From an uncultured delta proteobacterium (GTDB lineage Bacteria > Desulfobacterota > Binatia > UBA9968), in contig CAVWLW010000059.1 of NCBI GenBank assembly GCA_963755715.1, positions 64,001 through 128,000 on the forward strand: a stretch of DNA of 64,000 nt, given 5' to 3'. A program made the translations under genes and the position numbers. This document shows positions 1-9,664 of this stretch, piece by piece. Below the pieces are notes generated by a model. The model was not told the DNA's origin. It saw only the letters and a list, made by a program, of their open reading frames with translations, and did no database searches. Numbering within the stretch: position 1 is the stretch's first letter; each line of letters starts with the position of its first letter.

Positions 1-937
1 AGTCTTCGTCTTTCGCAAGCGAAGCGAATGCCTGGCGCATCGCATCAATCGCCGCGGGCGGCGAGCTCGGCGGCAGCAACGCCACCCGATTCATGTTCTG
101 GCTTGCCATATTCGCCGCTTTAAGCGCTTCGTATTTGATCCCAGACGGCGCTTTGCCGAAGATCTGCGTATAGACCTCGGTGAATGAGCTCAGCTCGGGA
201 TAATCGGGGCTTTTCCTCATGGTTCCCTCCGGGCTGATCAGATCGTGATAGTAGAGCGGCGTGACAATGCCGGTCTTGACCAGTTGCGGCTCGACGACGC
301 CGCGGTAACCGGGAATATTTTCGTCGTGATATTGAATTTCGTTGCGCTGCACGGCGAGGCGGGCATCATTGCTGCTGTTGTAACCGGTGACGTAGTCGTA
401 CTTGACGCCGAGCACGTCGAACGCCAAGCGAAAGCGCAAGTCTTTGTTGCTGTCGTAGGACAAGCCGCCGGCTCGGAAACGTTCGGCTTTGGCGATATCG
501 GTCGGCTTCTTAATGCCGGGAGGAACATCGGCGCGGATGTAACAGACCGTGACACCTTGCACCGACGCGATGAACGGGACTTTCATCAAATCGATGCGCA
601 ACGACGGGCTCTTCATCATTTGATGATTATAAGGACCGGTAAAATAACCCAGCGTAAGCGCGTCGCGCTTCGCCGCTTCGCCCAGAAAATTGATGCCCGT
701 CACGCCGCCGGCTCCCGCCATGTTCTGCACGATCACCGCCGGGTTGCCGGCAATATGTTTGGCCAAGTGCCGCGCCACGATCCGGCCTTCGATGTCGGTC
801 GGGCCGCCCGCCGCGAAGTTAATCAGGAAGATCACGTTCTTGCCCTGATAAAACGGTCTCTCCGCGGCGACCGCGCAAGTCGCCGTGACAATCACATTCG
901 AAAGGAACATTAGAAAAATCCGGCGCACCGATTTCAT
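1..937 (-). CDS. Tripartite tricarboxylate transporter substrate-binding protein (TctC/Bug-like), 3' end outside window
   Basis: Not in ORF track; read manually from ATG 937 (upstream AGGAGA): MKSVRRIFLMFLSNVIVTATCAVAAERPFYQGKNVIFLINFAAGGPTDIEGRIVARHLAKHIAGNPAVIVQNMAGAGG; signal peptide and Bug-type GGxxD and VQNMxGAGG motifs. Confidence 0.85.
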   Translation of the reverse strand, partial: MKSVRRIFLMFLSNVIVTATCAVAAERPFYQGKNVIFLINFAAGGPTDIEGRIVARHLAKHIAGNPAVIVQNMAGAGGVTGINFLGEAAKRDALTLGYFTGPYNHQMMKSPSLRIDLMKVPFIASVQGVTVCYIRADVPPGIKKPTDIAKAERFRAGGLSYDSNKDLRFRLAFDVLGVKYDYVTGYNSSNDARLAVQRNEIQYHDENIPGYRGVVEPQLVKTGIVTPLYYHDLISPEGTMRKSPDYPELSSFTEVYTQIFGKAPSGIKYEALKAANMASQNMNRVALLPPSSPPAAIDAMRQAFASLAKDED

Positions 938-1008
938 AATGAGTTCTCCTTTCCTCTGCGTTCCATACGACCGACAATGAGGGATATAACCCTCATTGAT
1001 TTTTTCTG

Positions 1009-2529
1009 TTACCCGATCTCGGCCAATATTAATTCCTTAAGCTTGACCTTATTCACTTTGCCCACTTCGGTATGCGGCAGAGAAGACCGAAACTCCACCG
1101 ACTTCGGCACCTTGTAAGCGGAAAGCCGTTCTTTACAAAATGCTAGCAACTCTTCGGCGCCGAGCGCAGCATCGGGCTTGAGAACCACGACCGCTTTCAC
1201 CGCTTCACCCCACTGCGGATCGGGAACGCCGATGACCGCCGCTTCGAGAATCGCCGGATGGCTATAGATGACGCTCTCGATCTCTAGCGGATAGATGCTG
1301 ATGCCGCCGCTTTTGACCATGTCCTTTTTGCGCCCGGCGACAAAAAGATATCCCTCCTCATCGAAGTAACCGAGATCGCCGGTGTAAAACCAGCCGTCGC
1401 GAAAAGACGCGTCGGTCGCCTCCGGGTTTTTATAATAGCCGTGCGTCGCCAGCGGGCTCTGACAGATGATCTCGCCGACCTCGCCGACTTTTACCGGCCG
1501 ATTGTCCTCATCGACGATGCGCAGATCGACGCACCAGACCGGCCGGCCGGCGGCGTTGGGCTTGCTCGCCATGTCGCCGGGTTTCGAAATCGCCATCTGG
1601 CCTGAATCCGTCGAAGCGTAGGTGCGGTAAATATTCGGCGTAATCTTCCGCTTTAAATCTTCCAGCACGCTCGGATGAACCTTGCCGCCCGTGATCGCGA
1701 GGCAGCGCAGCGAAGCGGTGTCGTAGTTTTTCGCTTCCAAAGCGTGCAGCATGCGCTCGCACATGGTCGGCACCGCGCCAATGTAGGTTACTTTCTCGCG
1801 TTCGATGGTCCGCAATACTTCCTCGGCGTCGAAACGCTCGTGCAAGATCATCGTGCCGCCAAAGTAAATGATTCCGAGCGTAAACGAGCGCCCGGCATTG
1901 AAATAGATCGGCGATGAAAGAATCGCGATATCGTGCGCGCCGAGCCCCTTCTCGATGGCGTTGTTGATGCAGTGGAAAACAAACGTCCGTTGCGTCGTCA
2001 GACAGCCTTTGGGAAATCCCGTGGTTCCCGACGTGAGCATGACCGCAAATGGATCGTCTTCGCTCACATCAACGTCGGGCTCATCCGAACTCTGGCCGGT
2101 GAGAAGCCCGCCATAAGTTCGGTCGGACGACAGCGACAGTGGTTTGAGAAAACCCAGATCCTTGAGTTCTTTGGCCTTGGCGAATTCGCCGGCACAGTCT
2201 TCCTGAAGAATGATGAATCGCGGCTCGAAGGCTGAAACCACCGACGCGAGTTCGAGCGCCTTCCATTTAACGTCGAGTGGAATCGCGAGTGCGCCGATCT
2301 TCGCGGTCGCGAAAATAATCTCCAGATGCTCGATCCGATTGCCCACCGACAACGCCACGCCGTCGCCCTTGCGCACGCCGAGCGCTAGGAGACCGTGCGC
2401 CAGCTGATTCACGCGCGCGTTTAGCTCGCCGTAAGTAATTTGCCCCGACCGATCTTTAGCCGCGATCTTGAGTGGAAATTTCCAAGCATTGCGCCGCAAG
2501 CCGTCGCCCATGAGCATCTGAGAATCCAT
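1009..2529 (-). CDS. Acyl-CoA synthetase / AMP-binding ligase
   Basis: TSGTTGFPKG AMP-binding motif, GWFYTGDLG, GRKKDM, C-terminal GKVNK lysine. Confidence 0.92.
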   Translation of the reverse strand: MDSQMLMGDGLRRNAWKFPLKIAAKDRSGQITYGELNARVNQLAHGLLALGVRKGDGVALSVGNRIEHLEIIFATAKIGALAIPLDVKWKALELASVVSAFEPRFIILQEDCAGEFAKAKELKDLGFLKPLSLSSDRTYGGLLTGQSSDEPDVDVSEDDPFAVMLTSGTTGFPKGCLTTQRTFVFHCINNAIEKGLGAHDIAILSSPIYFNAGRSFTLGIIYFGGTMILHERFDAEEVLRTIEREKVTYIGAVPTMCERMLHALEAKNYDTASLRCLAITGGKVHPSVLEDLKRKITPNIYRTYASTDSGQMAISKPGDMASKPNAAGRPVWCVDLRIVDEDNRPVKVGEVGEIICQSPLATHGYYKNPEATDASFRDGWFYTGDLGYFDEEGYLFVAGRKKDMVKSGGISIYPLEIESVIYSHPAILEAAVIGVPDPQWGEAVKAVVVLKPDAALGAEELLAFCKERLSAYKVPKSVEFRSSLPHTEVGKVNKVKLKELILAEIG

Positions 2530-2642
2530 TTTGGATTTTAGATTTTGGATTTTCGATTATAGGAGAACACCGGACACCGATTGGATTCTGACCTGCCATT
2601 CCTATGCCGACAATCCAAAATCCAAAATCGGCAATCCAAAAT
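2528..2642. repeat. Inverted array of 7-nt repeats (ATTTTGG-type left arm, CCAAAAT-type right arm)
   Basis: Left ATTTTGGATTTTAGATTTTGGATTTTCGATT 2528-2558; right AATCCAAAATCCAAAATCGGCAATCCAAAAT 2612-2642; fills the intergenic gap. Confidence 0.85.
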
Positions 2643-2644
2643 TT

Positions 2645-3460
2645 CTATCTTCCTTTCCAATCCGCCGACCGTTTTTCGACAAAGGCGCGCGGTCCCTCTT
2701 TGGCGTCTTCGGTCTGCATCACCATGCTCTGGAGATCGGACTCATACCGCAGTCCCTGTTCGAGAGTCATCTCGCTGCCTTTATAGATCGCTTCTTTTAT
2801 GTAGCGCAGCGCGAGCGGCGCGCCCTTTAAAAACGATGCCGCCATTTTCTCGCCGGCGGGAATCAATTGATCGTAGGGCACGAGTTGGTTCACCAAGCCG
2901 ATGCGATGACACTCCGCAGCGTCGTAAAGTTCGCCGGAAAGGCAAATCTCCAATGCCTTTGGAATGCCGACCAGCCGCGGCAGGCGTTGCGTTCCACCCG
3001 AACCCGCCATGAAACCAAGCCGCACTTCACTGACCCCAAGTCGTGCGCCTTCTGCCGCGATGCGGATATCGCACGCCAAACTCATCAATAAACCGGTGCC
3101 GACCGTGTAGCCGTGCAGCAGCGCAATCGTGATCTTGTTCATCGCCGCAATCGCCGGCGCCGGAGTGCCGGGAATTCCCGAGTGCTTCGCCTGCCGCTGC
3201 ACCAACGGCGATTCCGCTTGCTCGACGGCCATAGCATTCTGCCGCGCCCGATCCTTGATATCGCCGCCAACGGAAAATGCCCGCTCGCCATTGGCCTTGA
3301 ATATCACGACCTGCACCGTTGGATCTTCTTCGGCCTCGCGGCAAAATCCAACAACCGCTTTCACCATGTCGCGGTTCACCGCGTTCAACGACTCGGGACG
3401 GTTGAGCGTGATCCATGCGATCTTATCTTTGACTTCGTAGAGAACTTTTTCGTCTGCCAT
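2645..3460 (-). CDS. Enoyl-CoA hydratase/isomerase (crotonase) family protein
   Basis: ITLNRPESLNA, AFSVGGDI, ACDIRIA, SEVRLG, GGTQRLPRLVG; first catalytic Glu position reads GTGLL. Confidence 0.92.
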   Translation of the reverse strand: MADEKVLYEVKDKIAWITLNRPESLNAVNRDMVKAVVGFCREAEEDPTVQVVIFKANGERAFSVGGDIKDRARQNAMAVEQAESPLVQRQAKHSGIPGTPAPAIAAMNKITIALLHGYTVGTGLLMSLACDIRIAAEGARLGVSEVRLGFMAGSGGTQRLPRLVGIPKALEICLSGELYDAAECHRIGLVNQLVPYDQLIPAGEKMAASFLKGAPLALRYIKEAIYKGSEMTLEQGLRYESDLQSMVMQTEDAKEGPRAFVEKRSADWKGR

Positions 3461-3562
3461 TCGCTTTTCCCTGCATCTGATTTTGTGAATTATTGGATAA
3501 GAATTAGGGTCGCAATCTTGCGCGCATGAGTCTTGATTCCGATTCCGACAATTAAGGTTTCT

Positions 3563-3808
3563 TTACCCTACCTTGCGTACCTTCCGAGCTTTGATCATTC
3601 CATCAATAGAAAGATCTTCATCTAACTCCGGCCAGTGAATTCCATATCCCGACGGGGACAGCTCGAAATTTTCCTTCGTGCGCTGGTCTGCTGCCGCGAG
3701 CTTTTTGGAATGTTGCCGTAGATCAATCTCGTATTCCCGGCCGTCAACGTTAACAGAAGGTACTGATTTTCAAAGCGCACATTGTTTTACGTGATGATAT
3801 TTTTTCAT
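3563..3808 (-). pseudogene. DUF2442-family putative antitoxin, apparent compensating indels near the 5' end
   Basis: ATG overlaps upstream TGA (ATGA); C-terminal frame reads VDGREYEIDL...SGYGIHWPELDEDLSIDGM; early in-frame TGA removed by a +1/-1 correction. Confidence 0.7.
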
Positions 3809-4059
3809 CGTTTCTTCTCCGCAAATTTGTCCCACTCCCTTTCGATATATTCAAAATACTCAAAAATTATCCTTTTGACATCCCTTTTGTCCTTTCCGGT
3901 CATTCGATAACTAAAAGCCTCCTGCACATCAAAGTTTCCCCGGTCTAGCCAATATTTACATTCCTTCTCGGCTTTTCGACAATGGATATGAATCGGCTCG
4001 TTCGCCTCGTTAGCATAGAAAAAGAAGCGCCAGCCATGGATTAGAAGTATTGTTGGCAA
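3805..4059 (-). CDS. DUF4160-family putative toxin
   Basis: MPTILLIHGWRFFFYANEANEPIHIHC typical DUF4160 N-terminus; coupled to DUF2442 gene; AT-rich. Confidence 0.8.
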   Translation of the reverse strand: MPTILLIHGWRFFFYANEANEPIHIHCRKAEKECKYWLDRGNFDVQEAFSYRMTGKDKRDVKRIIFEYFEYIEREWDKFAEKKR

Positions 4060-4080
4060 AACCTTTTTCTCGCTTACAGG

Positions 4081-5077
4081 TTACTTGATCACTTTATCGG
4101 CCCGATACAGCATCGTCTGCGGAATCGTCAAGCCGATCTGCTTCGCCGTCTTGAGATTGATCACCAACTCGAATTTCGTCGGCTGCTCGACCGGAAGATC
4201 GGCCGGCTTGGCTCCCTTCAGGATTTTGTCCACGTAGATAGGCGACGCGCCGGTAGCTGTCCGCGAGGTCCGCCCCGTAGTACATGAGCCCGCCGGCATC
4301 CACAGCTTCTCTGTTGGCATACGTCGACGGTAACCGGCTCTTTAACGCAAAGCCCGCGATCCGTTTTCCGTTAGCACGCATTAGCGGGCCCCCGGCCACG
4401 TAGAGTCCATCCGGGCGCTGCTTGCTTAGCGCAGCAAATACCTTCTCGAAATCGTCCGCAGCTCGTACCTCCCAAGGCTGAATAGTCAACCCCAGCGCAC
4501 GCGCCGCGACAGGGAGAACCTCTTTCACCTCGAGTACACTGGCCGGAGTGGCCGGATCGTAGAGAACCGCGACACGGGCAAGTTTGGGAACGGCTTCTTT
4601 GAGCAGCTCCAGCCGCTTCCCGCCTAGTTCTCTGGAAAGGATTGTAAGGCCGGTGACGTTGCCGCCGGGACGGGCAAGGCTTTCAACCAGGCCTGCCTCG
4701 ACAGGATCGGCCCCACCGCCCGCCATAACGATGGGAATCGTCTTGGTCGCATTCTTGGCCGCCTGGATCTCCGATCCCCTCCTGCTACCACGATGATATC
4801 AACCTTGAGACGCACCAGCTCGGCCGCAAGCTCAGGGACCCGATCGAGCTTCCCCTCCGCATATCGGTACTCGGTGGCGATGTTCTGTCCTTCTATGTAG
4901 CCAAGCTCGCGCAGAGCCAGCCGAATTGCCTCGGAACGGGTGGACTCACCAGCTGGGTCGCGCGACGATAGATACCCTATCCGAGGGACCTTCTTCGGCT
5001 GCTGGGCCTCGGCGACGTTGAAAACACGCCAGGATACTAGAGCAGACGAGCACGACCATTTTGATTTTATTCTTCAT
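4081..5077 (-). CDS. ABC transporter substrate-binding protein (ABC_sub_bind type), frameshifted, copy 1
   Basis: Fragments give [31 protein letters not shown] and [31 protein letters not shown]; ATG 5077; at least 2 indels. Confidence 0.85.
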
Positions 5078-5149
5078 GACCGGCCGATTTGTAATCTGTT
5101 GTCCTTGCCCCGAATCCGAAAGAAGGCCGCAGCGTGCTAGCGTCCCTAC

Positions 5150-5181
5150 TAATGCCTATTGCCTGATGCCTGTTGCCTATT
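5150..5181. repeat. Single arm of 7-nt TGCCTAT-type repeats containing the crotonase stop codon
   Basis: AATGCCTATTGCCTGATGCCTGTTGCCTATT; same unit as 10835-10912. Confidence 0.75.
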
Positions 5182-5972
5182 TTCCCTTCCACACCGGCGC
5201 GCGTTTCTCGGCGAACGCGCGGGGACCTTCCTTGGCATCTTCGGTGCTGCCGATCAATGACGAGAGATCGGCTTCCAGCCGCAATCCTTCTTCGAGCGGC
5301 AGCTCGACGCCTTTCTTGATCGCTTCTTTGATAAACATCACCGACGTCGGCGCGCCCTTTAGTATGCGACCGGCCAGTTCTTCAGCAGCTTTAATCACAT
5401 CGGCCGAAGCAACGGCATTGTTCACCAGGCCCAGCGATTTTGCTTCGAGGCCGCTCACGGTGTCGCCGGTAAGGCACATTTCCATCGCCTTGGTCACGCC
5501 CACCGCGCGCGTCAAGTCGCTGCGTGCCGCCGGCGCCGGGGATGATGCCGCGCCGCACTTCGGTCAGTCCCAGTTTGGCATCTTCCGCCGCCACGCGCAG
5601 ATCGCAGGCCAGCGCGAATTCCAATCCGCCGCCAACGCAATAGCCACGGATCGCGGCGATGGTAGGCTTGGTGATCGCCGCCACCGCGCGCGCCTGGGTA
5701 TATATCTTGTTGGTCAATTTCTGCTGACGCCGCTCGATGGGCGAGAACACCGTCGCGGCCCGCTCCTTTAAGTCCATCCCGGCCGAAAATGCCTTGTCAC
5801 CCGCGCCGGTGAAGATCGCGATGCGCACATCGGCGTCCTCTTCGATCTGCCGGCAGGCTTCGATGAGATCTTGCGTCATCTGCCGGTTCATCGCATTCAT
5901 GGCTTCCGGCCTATTAAAAGTCACGAACGCAATTTGTTTGCGGACGTCAAACAGAATTGTCTGGTAATCCAT
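5177..5972 (-). CDS. Enoyl-CoA hydratase/isomerase, one frameshift near 5515
   Basis: ORF 5391-5972 (GGGLEFALACD, TEVRRG, GGTQRL) continues in ORF 5177-5515 (EMCLTG...EGPRAFAEKRAPVWKGK). Confidence 0.88.
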
Positions 5973-5999
5973 TGTCTCCTACCTCTTTGTTGGTCCCTA

Positions 6000-6167
6000 A
6001 AGTTCCAGACGTTCAAGCTGTTCAATTGCTGAGCGGACCCTGCCCTGAGCGCAGCCGAACGGGTCAAGCCCCCTCTTTGATCCTCCCCCCGCTTCCGTGG
6101 GTGAGAAAACTATACTCCGAGCCGAATGGACCGAGGAGTTGAACGATTTGAACGGCTTGAACGAGTT
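6000..6167. repeat. Mosaic palindromic element with GTTCAA/TTGAAC arms and REP-like inserts
   Basis: Left AAGTTCCAGACGTTCAAGCTGTTCAA, right TTGAACGATTTGAACGGCTTGAACG; inner CCCTGAGCGCAGCCGAACGGG. Confidence 0.7.
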
Positions 6168-6173
6168 AATCTA

Positions 6174-7167
6174 TTACCGTCCCTTAGCTTTCCTTTCCTG
6201 CGCCAGTTGCTCGAGAAAAGATAAATCTAGCAACTCGCTCGCGTTCAATTTCATCCCCGACAGGTTCTTGTCGTTTGCGATAACGTTTTCCAGCGCTTTG
6301 ACCGTAATCAGCGGCAAGCCCGGCGTCACCTGGCTGTAGGTCCGCCGGGTTTCTTCCAGCTCTTCGGCATTGTTGGATCGGTAATATTCGCCGAGAAATT
6401 TGATGACGCGGTCTTTATTTTTTTCGTCGCGGTAATAATCCATGCCGTCCGCCAGCCCGCGCATGAAGTTCATGACCGTCTCTCTCTCCGCCCGGATGAA
6501 GGACCGCATGGTGACCGGTCCGGCAACCGTGTATTCAAAATCTTCTTTGGAAAAATCGATAAACGTAGGGTAACCCGCTTTGCGCGCCTTTAAGGTGAAC
6601 GGAGATTGAAACACGCTGGCTTGAACCTGTCCGGTGGTGAGCGCGGTCCAACGGTCTCCCTGTCCGCCAATGCCGACGATCTGCACGTCTTTATCAGGAT
6701 TGAGCCCAAGCCGTCGCACCGCCACCCGCGCAATGAAATCCGTGCTCGATCCGATCTGGCTGACCCCGATTCTCTTCCCCTTGAGATCCTCCGGTCTCTT
6801 AATCGAAGGATGAGCCGCCAGAACATAATCCAGACGGTTGCCGACTGCGCCGATAAATTGAAACTCCTTGGCGCCTTGCGCCCAGGCGGCTACTACAGTG
6901 GAAGCGCCTTGCAGCTGTAAAGGCAGGTCACCGGAAAGCGCCGCTTGGATTCCCATCAGCCCGCCCCTGATGTAAATCGGTTCGAGCTTCAAGCCGTGCT
7001 TTTCAAACGAACCCGAGCGGTACGCAACCCAGAAGTAACTGGAAGAACCGCCCAGGGGGTAGCCAACTTTGATCTCGCGGAGGGGTTTGGATTGGGAAAC
7101 ACAAGCGCGGGGAGCAAACGAATTGAAAACATACAAACGTTATCAGTAGTCGGGCACTTGTTTTCAT
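6174..7167 (-). CDS. ABC transporter substrate-binding protein, NMT1/THI5/SsuA-like
   Basis: DLKGKRIGVSQIGSSTD, F.KHGL motifs; likely true ATG 7167 after AAGGAG with an indel in the signal peptide. Confidence 0.85.
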
Positions 7168-7220
7168 ACGCGAAATCTCCTTGTGACTAGAGTCCTTTGC
7201 TCGGAGTCATTCTTCTTTAA

Positions 7221-7254
7221 CCCTCGCCCTTTTAGGGAGAGGGAAGGGTGAGGG
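7221..7254. repeat. REP-like palindrome, left end of DUF559 cassette 1
   Basis: CCCTCGCCCTTTTAGGGAGAGGGAAGGGTGAGGG, identical to 8801-8834. Confidence 0.9.
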
Positions 7255-7612
7255 TTGCTCAATAGCCTGACTAATTTTGCTCTAGAACTCGCGTCCGCTA
7301 TGATGTCAGCACTTCGTGATCCCAAAAACGAACCACACGATACCCCTCTGCTTCAAGGAAACGCAGTTCTACGCTTGATCAGATTGCAGGTATGCTCCGC
7401 GTGCTGTCCGCCATCAAGCTCAATAACCAGATCCACGATCAGGACAACAGAAGTCGAGCTATGTACGGTCCAATGGGATGCTGGCGGCGAAATTTAACCC
7501 CACTAATTTGTCGACGCCCGTAAGCGCAACCAAAGTTTGGTTTCTGACGTCAGTTTGTTGCACGGCGTAATTGACGCGCTCTATCTCGCAGTTTCTGTCG
7601 TGCCAGTTCCAT
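7255..7612 (-). pseudogene. DUF559 (Vsr-like PD-(D/E)xK) endonuclease, multiply frameshifted
   Basis: ATG 7612 MELARQKLRDRARQLR; shifted frames give KFRRQHPIGPY, IELDGGQHAE, GYRVVRFWDHEV matching intact copy 2. Confidence 0.75.
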
Positions 7613-7621
7613 TGTAACTGA

Positions 7622-7657
7622 CCCTCACCCTAACCCTCTCCCGCAAGCGGGCGAGGG
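7622..7657. repeat. REP-like palindrome, right end of DUF559 cassette 1
   Basis: CCCTCACCCTAACCCTCTCCCGCAAGCGGGCGAGGG; 2 mismatches to 9177-9212. Confidence 0.9.
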
Positions 7658-7676
7658 AACTCGACAAGCGAATTTT

Positions 7677-7722
7677 TCTGACTTCCGACCTTTGATCTCT
7701 AACCTCTGATCACTGACCTCTG
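7677..7722. repeat. Degenerate 7-nt TCTGACC-type tandem array abutting a stop codon
   Basis: TCTGACTTCCGACCTTTGATCTCTAACCTCTGATCACTGACCTCTG directly after TGA at 7723. Confidence 0.7.
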
Positions 7723-8720
7723 TCATTTGATCAGCCGACTCGCCCGCGCGAGCACGTCCGGCGGAATCGTCACACCGATTTGCTTTGCCGTCTTGAGATT
7801 GATCACCAACTCAAACTTCGTCGGCTGCTCCACCGGCAGATCAGCAGGCTTGGCTCCCTTCAGGATTCTGTCCACGTAATATGCGACGCGCCGGTAGCTG
7901 TCCGATTCGTCCGCCCCGTAGTACAAGAAGCCCGCCGGCATCTAAAGTTTCCTCTGGTGTAGCACATCGACGGTAACCGGCTCTTTAACGCAAAGCTGCG
8001 ATCCGTTTTCTGGTTAGTATTCATTAGCGGGCTCCCCGAATACGAAGAGTCCATCCGGGCGCTGCTTATTTAGCGCAGCGAATACCTTGTCGAAATCGTC
8101 CGCAGCTCGTACCTCCCAAGACTGAATAGTCAACCCCAGCGCACGCGCCGCGACTGGGAGAACCTCTTTCACCTCGAGGACACTGCCCGGATTGGCCGGA
8201 TCGTAGAGAACCGCGACACGGGCAAGTTTGGGAACCGCTTCTTTGAGCAGCTCCAGCCGCTTCCCGGCTAGTTCTCTGGAAAGGTTTGTAAGGCCGGTGA
8301 CATTGCCGCCGGGACGGGCAAGGCTTTCAACCAGGCCTGCCTCGACAGGATCGGCCCCAACGCCCGCCATAACGATGGGAATCGTCTTGGTCGCATTCTT
8401 GGCCGCCCGGATCAGCCCGGTCCCCTCCTGCTGCCAGGATGATATCAACCTTGAGACGCACGAGCTCGGCGGCAAGCTCAGGGAGCCGATCGCGCTTCCC
8501 CTCCGCATATCGGTACTCGATGGCGATGTTCTGTCCTTCTATATAGCCAAGCTCGCGCAGAGCCAGCCGAATTCCCTCGGCACGGGCGGACTCACTAGCT
8601 GGCGTCGCCCGACGCTAGATACCCTATCCGCGGGACTTTCTTCGGCTGCTGCGCGGCGGCGGGAGAGCTATGAGCAAAGAGTAGAGCGCATAGAGCAAGA
8701 CCAGTGATTTTTTTGTGCAT
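7723..8720 (-). CDS. ABC transporter substrate-binding protein (ABC_sub_bind type), frameshifted, copy 2
   Basis: ATG 8720 [35 protein letters not shown]; core nearly identical to copy 1; C-terminus in ORF 7723-7941. Confidence 0.85.
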
Positions 8721-8797
8721 TGAGTTTCCGTCACTCTGACCGTCCCAGCGGGAGAGGGAATAAATCAAAAACCTGGAAGCGGTTCATTTCCCTGTCT

Positions 8798-9175
8798 TTA
8801 CCCTCGCCCTTTTAGGGAGAGGGAAGGGTGAGGGTCGACACAACACTTGCTAATCTCTTCCAACACATCGTCCAATTGCGTCATCACCTGATTATTCCAA
8901 AAGCGCAACACGCGATACCCGCGCGATTCCAGGAAATATGTTCGGATTTGATCAGCCGCGCCTTGTTCTGCGTGCTGTCCACCATCGAGTTCGACAATTA
9001 AGCGCAGAGTGGGGCAACAGAAATCGACAATATACGAACCGATCGGATGCTGACGCCGGAACTTAGCGCCAAACACTTGCCGGTCTCGTAAACGTCGCCA
9101 AAGTTTGGCTTCGACATCGGTTTGGTTACTTCGCAATTCCCGGGCGCGATTTTTCAATTCTTGCGAAACGGGCAT
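8798..9175 (-). CDS. DUF559 endonuclease domain protein
   Basis: ARELRSNQTDVEAKLWRRLR, KFRRQHPIGSYIVDF, IVELDGGQH, GYRVLRFWN; ATG 9175; C-terminal PHPSLSLKGRG is encoded by the repeat. Confidence 0.9.
   Translation of the reverse strand: MPVSQELKNRARELRSNQTDVEAKLWRRLRDRQVFGAKFRRQHPIGSYIVDFCCPTLRLIVELDGGQHAEQGAADQIRTYFLESRGYRVLRFWNNQVMTQLDDVLEEISKCCVDPHPSLSLKGRG
8801..8834. repeat. REP-like palindrome, left end of DUF559 cassette 2
   Basis: Identical to 7221-7254. Confidence 0.9.
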
Positions 9176-9176
9176 A

Positions 9177-9212
9177 CCCTCACCCTTTCCCTCTCCCGCA
9201 AGCGGGCGAGGG
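9177..9212. repeat. REP-like palindrome, right end of DUF559 cassette 2
   Basis: CCCTCACCCTTTCCCTCTCCCGCAAGCGGGCGAGGG, inverted relative to the left repeat. Confidence 0.9.
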
Positions 9213-9244
9213 AATAAGAACAAATTCAATCGCTCCCCTATACA

Positions 9245-9664
9245 TCACCCGGCCAACTCAAAGCACGGCAGTTTAATTTTTGGGTCATGCGTCTCTTGGA
9301 ACACTGCTTTGACGCGGTCGCCCATTTTTACTTTTTCTTTCGAGTCCCCGACCAACCTGCTTTCGATGATCACGCCTTCGTCTAAAATTACATTGATATA
9401 GTAAATCGGCGTCTCGTCTTTGAACGCCGGATTGCGCGGCACGCGGACCAAAGTGAAGGTGTGCACTTTGCCGGTGCCTTTGGACTCGATCCAGTCGAGC
9501 TCGCCGAAACAATCGACGCAGGCGACGCGCGGGAAAAATTGCACCTTGCCGCAGCTCTTGCACTTTTGCAGCAAAAGCTTGCCGCCGGCAGCGCCTTCCC
9601 AGAACGGTTGATCGACTTTATTGACTTTCGGAAGACTTTTCTGCGGCGTTCTTGCTTCAGCCAT
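9245..9664 (-). CDS. Zn-ribbon/OB-fold (DUF35) thiolase partner protein
   Basis: PFWEG...LLLQKCKSCG..FFPRVACVDC; TAATG coupling to thiolase gene. Confidence 0.9.
   Translation of the reverse strand: MAEARTPQKSLPKVNKVDQPFWEGAAGGKLLLQKCKSCGKVQFFPRVACVDCFGELDWIESKGTGKVHTFTLVRVPRNPAFKDETPIYYINVILDEGVIIESRLVGDSKEKVKMGDRVKAVFQETHDPKIKLPCFELAG

Noticed and set aside
7221-9212. Classical IS or composite transposon
   Set aside because: No DDE, HUH or recombinase gene and no clear target-site duplication; retained only as a REP-like cassette hypothesis.
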